A program made the position numbers and the translations under genes. The notes under the pieces were generated by a model that was given only the letters and a program-made list of their open reading frames with translations, did no database searches and had not been told where the DNA came from. From Bacteroidaceae bacterium (GTDB lineage Bacteria > Bacteroidota > Bacteroidia > Bacteroidales > Bacteroidaceae), in contig JAILEU010000137.1 in NCBI GenBank assembly GCA_024697785.1, forward strand, positions 5,952 to 69,951: DNA of 64,000 nucleotides, given 5' to 3'. Below, piece after piece: positions 56,712 to 64,000 of the stretch. Position 1 is the first letter of the stretch; each line of letters opens with the position of its first letter.

Positions 56712-57019
56712 CAGGAAAATATAATAAAAAGGAAAAAAAACAGAAAAAAAATACTGCTGTCCGCTATAAGCCCCCCGATGGGGGCGTAATTAAGAATGGC
56801 CACTTGGCCACTTTTTTTATTTTTGTACCTTCAGAAGCATTATATAGACTCCTTAAATAAATAGATAGCGCAAATATAGCGCTTTTTCTGGAAAATATCT
56901 CTTTCTGTCAAAAAAAACTATTTTCCGCAAGGCTTGTGGGGATTGGCGGGAAAGACAGGGAGGGGACATCTTCTCTTTTCCTCTTCTTATTATAAAGGAA
57001 TTTCGCAAAAAAGTGCCAA

Positions 57020-57115
57020 CACCTACCTAAAGCAACATAACCAACTATGATACTGGGCGTTATCATAGGTAGGTGTTTGTCAAACACCTACCTAACACCT
57101 ACCTAACACCTACCC
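57020..57115. repeat. CACCTACCTA word array with a perfect 14-bp-stem hairpin
   Basis: taggtaggtgtttg-t-caaacacctaccta (57066-57094), followed by acacctaccta x2. One further copy lies at 57020-57029. Confidence 0.85.
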
Positions 57116-57300
57116 CAGCCGCTTCGCCACGCCATCCTTCGCCCCTCTGGTGACATCTGCTAGTATCGCATCTGGATACTTCTTCCGTATCGTCTCTGGC
57201 TTGACATGTAGTCGAGCCTGCTCACGCTCGGCAGAGCTGATACAAGCATCGCTCTGCACTCACTCAATCGCAGCCTTCTTTCGTTTTGATTCGATGATGA

Positions 57301-57772
57301 TCATAATTCTATTAATACAACCCAACGACCTTCTTTTCTGCCACCTTCACGCATTAGAGCCCCCATCCATTTCACGTTTTATGGTCTTTACCGAAACCTT
57401 TATCTTTTGGGGCATTTCTTGAATGGTTATAGTGTCATTTGCCTTCATTTCCTTAATCAAAAGCACTTGACGCTCAGACAGTTCTTTTGGGTCATCTTTT
57501 GGGCCATTACGACCCTGTTCAGAGTTGCTCACATTATTCCTCTGGAATGTCACACTAACTCCTCCGCAGAAGTTTTCCACCTTGGGCATAGGTAATCCTG
57601 CACTCTCAAAACCCTCACGAATCTTTTTGTAACCACGTCCCCAGGCATCTATAAAACCAGCCTTAAAGAAGGCGTACACATACAGATGCGTGTATGGGCC
57701 GATCACGTAGAAGTTTGGAATGAAGGAGAACTGCCTGCTAGTTACACACCTGAGACGATATTGGGACAACAT
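57301..57772 (-). pseudogene. 5'-truncated, frameshifted remnant of an AlbA_2/HATPase_c_4-type (RecG-like) transcriptional regulator
   Basis: Only the C-terminal about 160 aa remain: FKAGFIDAWGRGYKKIREGFESAGLPMPKVENFCGGVSVTFQR plus the wHTH LSERQVLLIKEMKANDTITIQEM. The expected tail (..LMREGGRKEGRWVVLIEL*) continues in a frame shifted by one nt after about 57360. Confidence 0.6.
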
Positions 57773-57894
57773 TCTTCACGCCAACGTAACAAGAATATAG
57801 CCAACGCCTGTATAGTTTTTATGAATTCTGCCACTCATAATCCCGTGTTCAGTTGTCGTTTTTGATAAGTGAGCTACTTATCTTGATGAGAGGA

Positions 57895-58140
57895 TTAAAT
57901 ATGCAAGTAGTCTGTTTCAAATATGATATAACCGTCATTTTTTTGAACCTTAGGTTCTTTTACCCAACACGGAAGTTTTTTTAATTCTTCAATAACTGTA
58001 GGGACATTTTCAACGACCAAATAATCTTTTTTTAAATCTTTACTTGTGGAATATGAAAAATCCACTCCACATTTCCTACAAATCTCAATAGCCTGTATAT
58101 TATAATACAGGTGGTCATGTTTAACACTTTTTTTTTCCAT
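57895..58140 (-). CDS. hypothetical small protein
   Basis: 81-aa AT-rich ORF, co-directional with the island operon. It has a single CxxC (CRKCG) and no family is recognised. Confidence 0.4.
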   Translation of the reverse strand: MEKKSVKHDHLYYNIQAIEICRKCGVDFSYSTSKDLKKDYLVVENVPTVIEELKKLPCWVKEPKVQKNDGYIIFETDYLHI

Positions 58141-58185
58141 AACTATTATTGTTGTTTTGTTTAATGTAAATAAAAACTTTCAGTT

Positions 58186-58416
58186 TTATAAATAAAGCTT
58201 GAAAATTCTTCGTTTCTCTCTTCTCGCTATATCATGCCAGTCTATAGAATAGCCCACAAAAAAAGAATCCTCTGTTATATACTTGCTTTCTTCATTCTTT
58301 AACTTAATAGAAACTGATTGAGACAATGACTGAAAACACATATTTCTACCTTTCTCTAGTTCCATAGCAAATGATTTCAGTTCCTCATTTACATAGTTCC
58401 TCATCCTGAATTCCAC
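58186..58416 (-). CDS. hypothetical small protein
   Basis: 76-aa AT-rich ORF, 168 nt downstream of the helicase stop. No family is recognised. Confidence 0.35.
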   Translation of the reverse strand: MEFRMRNYVNEELKSFAMELEKGRNMCFQSLSQSVSIKLKNEESKYITEDSFFVGYSIDWHDIARREKRRIFKLYL

Positions 58417-58583
58417 ATTTTCATATTATAATGAACTTATTCGGAAACAGCGATATGCAAACTGATAAAGGCCAAGCCGTTGCAACAACTTGCCCAATCT
58501 ATAATACTTATACAAGTCATTCTCTTCTTTGGGGGTCATAAAGACAGATTTATATATTTTACGTCTAGTGGAAAATGTAATAC

Positions 58584-61196
58584 TCAGTCTGACGATTTGG
58601 AACTATTGACCAAAATGTTTTCAAGATTCAAAAGACGCGCTTTCTTCTCAGAATTCATTTCTTCAAAATGTTCCATAACTTCATTGTGTGTTCCTAAGAA
58701 ATAGGAGATTTTATTTTCATATGTGATATATAATCGTTTCTTGGCTCTAGACATTGCAACATAAAGAACGCGTGCTTCTTCGTCAACATTTGTGGAATTT
58801 TTTGGCATTCTTCCATTTGTTATGTCATAAAGAATAACATTGTCAAATTCCAAACCTTTAGCCTTATGTATCGTCATAATAAACATACGTTCATTCAACA
58901 CGCCATTCTGGAAGAAATCTCCTTCGTTGAAAGTTCTAAATTCATATAAATGATTAACCAATTGGTGATTGAAATACACATCCTTCGCTGAATCTATGAC
59001 AACTTTGTTAAACAATTTCCTTATATAAGGGAAGAGTTTGATTTCTTTAATGATTTTTTGACTAACCATTTGATTATATATGTGGTTAAACTCGTAATCA
59101 AAGGTGTTCTCATTATTGATGGTAGCTGAGTACATCTTATTCATAGTATGCTGATATAAAAGCCAATATTTGTTCATCAATCTTCTCTGAACCTTCTTTA
59201 ATTCAGGATGAGAGATAAAGCTTGCCTGAACATCTACAAACTTTGACATTTTTTCATAGCAATAATCTGTGAGAGACTTTGTTGCTCTGATGTCATCTAA
59301 TGCATTATGAGAATTAACACCTTCAAGACCATAAGTTTCTAGGAGACTTTCCAATGTATGCTTTCTAAGGTTCGGATCTAACATTCTTGCCATTTTAAGA
59401 GTGTCCCAATATACTGGAGTCCTGAAAGTGACATTCTTTGTCCTTCTTGTGATATTATTTTCAAGGACATGAACATCGTAGTTCACATTATGACCTAACA
59501 ATTCAGCGTTGCCTATATAATTCACAAAAAAGTCAAATGCCTCTTCTGCTTCCATGAAATACTGGTTTTCTTTTTGTTTTTGTGTACCGTTGCTTCTTCT
59601 TTTATACTCTTCTACCATGGGATTAACAAGTCCATTATGGAGTGTGGGAGGGATCGTTTTGTCGTTCTGCAATTTAATAATAATATCCAATTCTGTGCCA
59701 GGAACGATCTTCCCATTTCTCATCTTCAAGGCTGCAATCTGAATAATGTCATCGTTAAATATGTCTAATCCTGTTGTCTCTGTGTCGAACAACACAATTT
59801 CCTTATCCTCATATGATTTGCAAAATTCAATAAAATAAGAACTGTTTTCATAGAACATCAGATCCAGTGGTGTTAATCCTATATCTCTCATTTTCTTGAT
59901 GCATCTTTTTGAGAGTTTCAACGTGTCAAGTGCTTTCGTTTGGTAAAGAATTCGTGCCCAATCAGAAAATCTTGTGTCATTTACGACCACGGAGAAATGA
60001 CTATACAATGTCTTAAAATCCACCAATTTGAAAACATCTCTTTTTGACAGCTTAATATGTGTGATATTGTGATTATCAAGAATTTCTGAGATTCTTTCTG
60101 CATCGTCATTTGTACGTACAAGGATTCCTACGGATTCTAAATCTTTCTCATTTTTAGTTTCTTCATATTTTTCTAGACTATTTAAATATAAGTTGCGTCC
60201 AAGTGTTGCAATAACATTTAGTTGGTCATCTCTACTATTACAATTTATCAGCATTAGTCCATCGTCTATATGCTGTTTGTTGTTTGTTCTTGGCAACAAG
60301 GTGGCATCATCAACTTTTAGTCTATAAATAGCATAGTTATTTAGCATGTCAAGCAAGTACATCGGTGAGCGGTAGTTGTTTGACAGTACGAAAAAGTTAT
60401 TACCTGCCTTTTCTTTTAGAGATACAATACTATCATGCTTCGCACCTAAGAATGAATATATAGCTTGTCTCTCATCACCAAGATAAACTACGGATTCATA
60501 GTCTTTCGCAACGAGTTTTTCTATAATGCCTAACTGAATTGGATATAGGTCTTGCACCTCATCAACTTGAATCCATTTGTAAGATGAATATTGATACTTA
60601 TGCTGATAGCCTTCTTCCATCAATGCCTTATAGGTAATTAACAGAATGTCATCAAAGTCTATTAACTTATTTTCTTCCTTGTACTTAATATACCTTTCAG
60701 CCAAGTCCCTTGTACTGCTATCAATGTAAGGTTCCCTACCGATAATCTCAAAAGGGAAACCATTGGACTTCATATAAATTGAAGCCGCAACATTTGTTGT
60801 TTTCATTATCTGCCATCCAGGGACTTGAGGCTTTTCCGTTAATTCTGCAATAATTTCTTCTTGCTCGGTATCATCCGCAATACCAACATCAATAGGGACT
60901 AAATCGTTTTCATAAATGAATCTTATGCAGAAGCGATGTAAGTTGCCAACGAAAAGGTCTGCCATCACATCACCAACAGTTTTTTTTATGCGTTCTTTCA
61001 TTTCTCGAGAAGCTCTGTTTGTAAATGTTAGGCACAGCATATCCCTGTAGTCAACGTTATAAATCTGATGAGAAAAAGCAACCCTATAACTAAGAATGTC
61101 GGTCTTTCCACATCCTGGAGCACCGAGGACGAGAGCATGGCCACTATTAAACTTTATGACCTCATTCTGTTTGTTATCAAAAACTTTATCTGCCAT
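58584..61196 (-). CDS. UvrD/Rep-family SF1 helicase with inserted DEDDh (DnaQ-like) 3'-5' exonuclease domain
   Basis: 870-aa ORF with helicase motifs in order: Walker A GAPGCGKT (aa 25-32), Ia LTFTNRASREM, II VDEVQD (211-216), III YLGDERQAIYSF, IV LSNNYRS (271-277), V MTIHKAKGLEFD (774-785), VI VLYVAMSRAKKRLYI (810-824). Between IV and V lie ExoI LFDTETTG (D471, E473), ExoII GHNVNYD (D574) and ExoIII HNALDD (H630, D635), corresponding to about nt 59262-59798. Confidence 0.9.
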   Translation of the reverse strand: MADKVFDNKQNEVIKFNSGHALVLGAPGCGKTDILSYRVAFSHQIYNVDYRDMLCLTFTNRASREMKERIKKTVGDVMADLFVGNLHRFCIRFIYENDLVPIDVGIADDTEQEEIIAELTEKPQVPGWQIMKTTNVAASIYMKSNGFPFEIIGREPYIDSSTRDLAERYIKYKEENKLIDFDDILLITYKALMEEGYQHKYQYSSYKWIQVDEVQDLYPIQLGIIEKLVAKDYESVVYLGDERQAIYSFLGAKHDSIVSLKEKAGNNFFVLSNNYRSPMYLLDMLNNYAIYRLKVDDATLLPRTNNKQHIDDGLMLINCNSRDDQLNVIATLGRNLYLNSLEKYEETKNEKDLESVGILVRTNDDAERISEILDNHNITHIKLSKRDVFKLVDFKTLYSHFSVVVNDTRFSDWARILYQTKALDTLKLSKRCIKKMRDIGLTPLDLMFYENSSYFIEFCKSYEDKEIVLFDTETTGLDIFNDDIIQIAALKMRNGKIVPGTELDIIIKLQNDKTIPPTLHNGLVNPMVEEYKRRSNGTQKQKENQYFMEAEEAFDFFVNYIGNAELLGHNVNYDVHVLENNITRRTKNVTFRTPVYWDTLKMARMLDPNLRKHTLESLLETYGLEGVNSHNALDDIRATKSLTDYCYEKMSKFVDVQASFISHPELKKVQRRLMNKYWLLYQHTMNKMYSATINNENTFDYEFNHIYNQMVSQKIIKEIKLFPYIRKLFNKVVIDSAKDVYFNHQLVNHLYEFRTFNEGDFFQNGVLNERMFIMTIHKAKGLEFDNVILYDITNGRMPKNSTNVDEEARVLYVAMSRAKKRLYITYENKISYFLGTHNEVMEHFEEMNSEKKARLLNLENILVNSSKSSD

Positions 61197-61206
61197 ATTG
61201 TTTAAT

Positions 61207-62763
61207 TTATAATTGAACGAAACAGCATCTGCCGGTTTCTTTCATCCAAGATTTATGTTCTTGATATGCTTTTTCATTTTCACATACCCATACAACTTTT
61301 GTTTTGAATCGTTTTGGCTTTTTGGGTTTAGGAGCATCTCCGTCTGTAAAGATAATAAGACCGTCATATTTTAGCTTTTTTTGTATAAAGTCAAAGATTG
61401 GTTGAAAACTCGTTCCTCCTCTTCCAACAATTTCAATTCTTTTCTTTGCCTTTTCAAAAGTCTGAACTTCGCTTAAACTGCAATCAAATTGTACAACATC
61501 TACATGTTCTACTCCGTATTTGAACAGTTTTCTTATAACCGAATAGAAATGTGTCAGTACTTCGTCTGATATTGAACCACTTACATCAACTGCAATCAAT
61601 ATATTCGTATCAAATCTACGTATGCTCCCCATGTTTTCAAAACCGGAACGTCTGTTTGGACGCATTCTTGTAAGATGCCTTTTCGATGATAAGATGCTAG
61701 CTCTAAATCCAGTTAAAGTTTTCCGGTAATCAATTTTTGCCTTAGTATTAGCAATAATTGTTTGAGCTAGGTTTCCTGCTAAACTCCCCCAACCAGCTCC
61801 GGATGACTCTATTTCTTCTATGATAGCATCTATCGTACAACTCATCATGCTATCTTCTTCCCATAGTGATGATAGGTCTGCTGATGGTATAGTTTTATTC
61901 TTTGGCTGATTATCGAATATTCTTTTTTCTTTAGGGTGTCCTCCTTGACGGTTTTGCTCTGAAGGTATATTGGGATTATCAGCATTTGAATCATCGGCTT
62001 CTGAATTTTGGTTCGGTTTATTTGTTTTTGAAGAAGAACTTTTGGGAATGCGCATTATAGAGCCATCTGCCAATGTCAGTACAAAGTAATTATCGTCAGA
62101 ATCGTTTGATTGCGTTGAACCTTTGAAAGGTTCTTCATCGTTAGATGCGGACGAACCATTAGGCTCTATACTTGAGGAAGAATCCTCACCTGTCTTGCTG
62201 TTCTTGTCGGTGTTTTTGTCGGTTTCTGAATCATCATCAAAACTATTACCTTCTTGATTGGGAGACGTTTCGTTGACTTTCTCTTTCTCGTTTTCTATTT
62301 TGCTTGTATCGCTATTATTATCAGTACTTTGAATTTCCACATCTCCATTTTCATCTGGCACAAGACCTTTTCCTTCAATTCGCATAGAATACCATTCATA
62401 ACTCTCATTTTCAGGCAAATTGAAGTCTGATGGTTTGGGCAGATTAATGTCTGTAAAATCATAATTATCAGATAGCACCAGGTTACTTCCTAATGCCATT
62501 GACTTTCTTTTGCATCCATCTGGCTGTCTTTCATATGGATGTTTTAAAATTATACGGATGGCTTCAGCCTTTAAGCAATTTTCTAATTGACTGTCAGATA
62601 ATTTGTTTAATTGTTCTGGATTATACTCAATTTTTCCCTTACCACACCTGAAAGGGCATGACATATTGGCGTTCAGAACCATTTCATGCGCTAATACCGT
62701 CATTAGCAATGCTGGTTCTGTTAAATACCATTTATCAATAATCTGTTTAATCCTTGAATCCAT
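61207..62763 (-). CDS. VWA-domain protein of the DUF2201 type (peptidase-like N-domain, degenerate) that partners MoxR ATPases
   Basis: 518-aa ORF. C-terminal VWA fold with MIDAS DVSGS (D393, S395, S397), T451 and D474, preceded by GWGSLAG...RPNRR. The N-domain (WYLTEPAL...IEYNPE) fits my recollection of DUF2201_N, but the expected HExxH reads AEAIR (aa 66-70). A roughly 150-aa acidic/Ser/Asn-rich linker lies between the two domains. Confidence 0.85.
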   Translation of the reverse strand: MDSRIKQIIDKWYLTEPALLMTVLAHEMVLNANMSCPFRCGKGKIEYNPEQLNKLSDSQLENCLKAEAIRIILKHPYERQPDGCKRKSMALGSNLVLSDNYDFTDINLPKPSDFNLPENESYEWYSMRIEGKGLVPDENGDVEIQSTDNNSDTSKIENEKEKVNETSPNQEGNSFDDDSETDKNTDKNSKTGEDSSSSIEPNGSSASNDEEPFKGSTQSNDSDDNYFVLTLADGSIMRIPKSSSSKTNKPNQNSEADDSNADNPNIPSEQNRQGGHPKEKRIFDNQPKNKTIPSADLSSLWEEDSMMSCTIDAIIEEIESSGAGWGSLAGNLAQTIIANTKAKIDYRKTLTGFRASILSSKRHLTRMRPNRRSGFENMGSIRRFDTNILIAVDVSGSISDEVLTHFYSVIRKLFKYGVEHVDVVQFDCSLSEVQTFEKAKKRIEIVGRGGTSFQPIFDFIQKKLKYDGLIIFTDGDAPKPKKPKRFKTKVVWVCENEKAYQEHKSWMKETGRCCFVQL

Positions 62764-62764
62764 T

Positions 62765-63847
62765 CTATGCCTTTATTCCACTTGTGTATTTAACGACCTC
62801 TCTATATACTGTGAAGGCTTCAGACGCAACAAAATGAGCTGCTTCTTCATATTTTTTGTCATTCAAATAATGGGCAAAACTTGCCAGCACTTCGTTTTTA
62901 CTATAACTTTTAAGATATCCTATATACTTTTCAAGGTTGCTGGCAACTTTCTTATTATTTGAAAGAACATCAAGGTGGCTTTCAAGAAACATGAATATAT
63001 CCTCATTCAGGATTGTAAACTGATGAAGGGACAAATCAGATAACAATGGAACTATCAACTCAAAATCATTCAAGAGATCTTTTGCATCAACAGTTTTGTT
63101 CTGTCCAATATTTTTGATAAAAAAGTTTGTTGCCTTAACACCAACGATGCTAGACATTAACAACACATCATTCTTCTCTAAGGTTTTTTTTCCTTTTATA
63201 ACATCAGAAACTCTTTTCCATGCGCGTCTGTCTGGAGTCTTATCTAGTCCAGTATCTTCACCCTCTTCTAAGGAAGGGTCTTTATCCAACCATATGCCAT
63301 TATCCCTTATAAATGAGATTACTCTTGAATCCAAATCTTTTTTCTGTGCCCAAATAATCCATTCTTCAACAGAGGGTTCAAACCTAAAGATGTTGAATCG
63401 GGATACAAGGGCAGGGTCTAAGTCTGTGAGTTGATACTCTTCACCTTCATTTACTGCAGCGATTATTCGACTGCCTTTTGGCAAGTGCTTCCCAGCCAAT
63501 TTCCTATTAAGAGCTAAATCCATAATCGTTTGTAATACCTCAGGGCGAGCACGATTCAACTCATCTAAGAACAAAACAATAGGTTTGCCATCAACAGGAA
63601 ACCAATATGGCGGCATAAACTCGGTTTTGCCTGTTTTCTCATCTTTGTTTGGGAGGCCAATAAGGTCTCCAGGGTCTGACATTTGGCCTAGGAACAAGGG
63701 AATGACAATCATCCCTTTCTGCGAGAAGTATTCGGTTAATATTTCCGACTTACCGATACCATGCCTTCCAGCTAACATGATATTTTGGTCTGCTGGAATG
63801 TTGTCCAACATATATTTCAACTGAGTAATGTTAACTTTAACGTTCAT
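62765..63847 (-). CDS. MoxR-like AAA+ ATPase (AAA_5 type)
   Basis: 360-aa ORF with Walker A GRHGIGKS (K33), Walker B VLFLDELNRA (D95, E96), sensor-1 IIAAVN and arginine finger ALVSRF. The C-terminal about 190 aa is a helical extension with no recognised motif. Confidence 0.9.
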   Translation of the reverse strand: MNVKVNITQLKYMLDNIPADQNIMLAGRHGIGKSEILTEYFSQKGMIVIPLFLGQMSDPGDLIGLPNKDEKTGKTEFMPPYWFPVDGKPIVLFLDELNRARPEVLQTIMDLALNRKLAGKHLPKGSRIIAAVNEGEEYQLTDLDPALVSRFNIFRFEPSVEEWIIWAQKKDLDSRVISFIRDNGIWLDKDPSLEEGEDTGLDKTPDRRAWKRVSDVIKGKKTLEKNDVLLMSSIVGVKATNFFIKNIGQNKTVDAKDLLNDFELIVPLLSDLSLHQFTILNEDIFMFLESHLDVLSNNKKVASNLEKYIGYLKSYSKNEVLASFAHYLNDKKYEEAAHFVASEAFTVYREVVKYTSGIKA

Positions 63848-63912
63848 TTTCTGTATGTATTTCTATTTACTCTAATTGTGCAATCTTTTTTTCAGCATTG
63901 ATTTTTCAACCG

Positions 63913-63920
63913 CAAAGATA
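63913..63920 (-). promoter_or_regulatory. -7 box TATCTTTG upstream of the AAA+/VWA/helicase operon
   Basis: Minus-strand TAnnTTTG 66 nt upstream of ATG 63847, in an AT-rich spacer. Confidence 0.45.
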
Positions 63921-64000
63921 ATAAGTTTATGCGAATTCTTTGTTCGTTCACAGATTTTTTTTATTCATTACTGAAATCATGTTAAATTCTCTCATCATTG

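Larger units (their letters stand above)
57270..64000. other. low-GC horizontally acquired island (left boundary only; right end beyond window)
   Basis: Hand counts: lines at 59041 and 61201 give 23% and 32% GC, against 55-65% in lines left of 57.1 kb. The switch occurs within about 57.25-57.30 kb, next to a decayed gene. All island ORFs are on the minus strand. Confidence 0.75.

Noticed and set aside
56700-57300. A tRNA gene as integration target at the island edge.
   Set aside because: I found no T-loop (GGTTCGAATCC-like) box or cloverleaf-compatible stems here or elsewhere in the window.
58584-61196. Gabija (GajB-like UvrD helicase) as the identity of the island helicase.
   Set aside because: There is no OLD-family ATPase-TOPRIM (GajA) neighbour. 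The neighbours are an AAA+ ATPase and a VWA protein, and the helicase carries its own exonuclease.
62765-63847. McrBC-type restriction, since AAA_5 is shared with McrB.
   Set aside because: The sensor region reads IIAAVNEGEE rather than the NTAD-type GTP-specificity motif I recall for McrB. There is no McrC-like PD-(D/E)xK partner, and the adjacent gene is a MIDAS VWA protein, the classical MoxR partner.

Overview
This is a 64-kb chromosomal segment of a high-GC Bacteroidota genome (roughly 55-65% GC by hand counts on sample lines). It looks Prevotella-like: T9SS C-terminal sorting domains, lipoprotein signal peptides, TAnnTTTG -7 promoter boxes and almost no Shine-Dalgarno sites. From 1 to about 57.2 kb there are about 42 ordinary genes. 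They cover DNA repair (nfo, uvrA, topoisomerase III), adk (fused to a cupin), plsC, meaB, envelope proteins, a paralogous CotH-kinase/dockerin/cohesin T9SS cargo cluster, and glycan-harvesting enzymes (GH5 mannanase plus 2-epimerase, GH31, sialate O-acetylesterase, GH20, GH109, a sugar-kinase-like protein). Nearly every intergenic spacer is filled with short word-like tandem repeats, often arranged as long nested palindromes. The same repeat process has placed in-frame repeats inside uvrA and a CotH gene. At about 57.3 kb the composition drops abruptly to about 25-35% GC and stays there to the window end. This island begins with a decayed regulator gene and carries a tightly packed operon: a MoxR-like AAA+ ATPase, a DUF2201-type VWA protein with a degenerate metallopeptidase motif, and a UvrD-family helicase with a DEDDh exonuclease inserted in its accessory region. 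That operon is my best candidate for an undescribed nucleic-acid-targeting defence system. I found no rRNA, tRNA or CRISPR array. All family calls come from motif recognition by eye, not from database searches.
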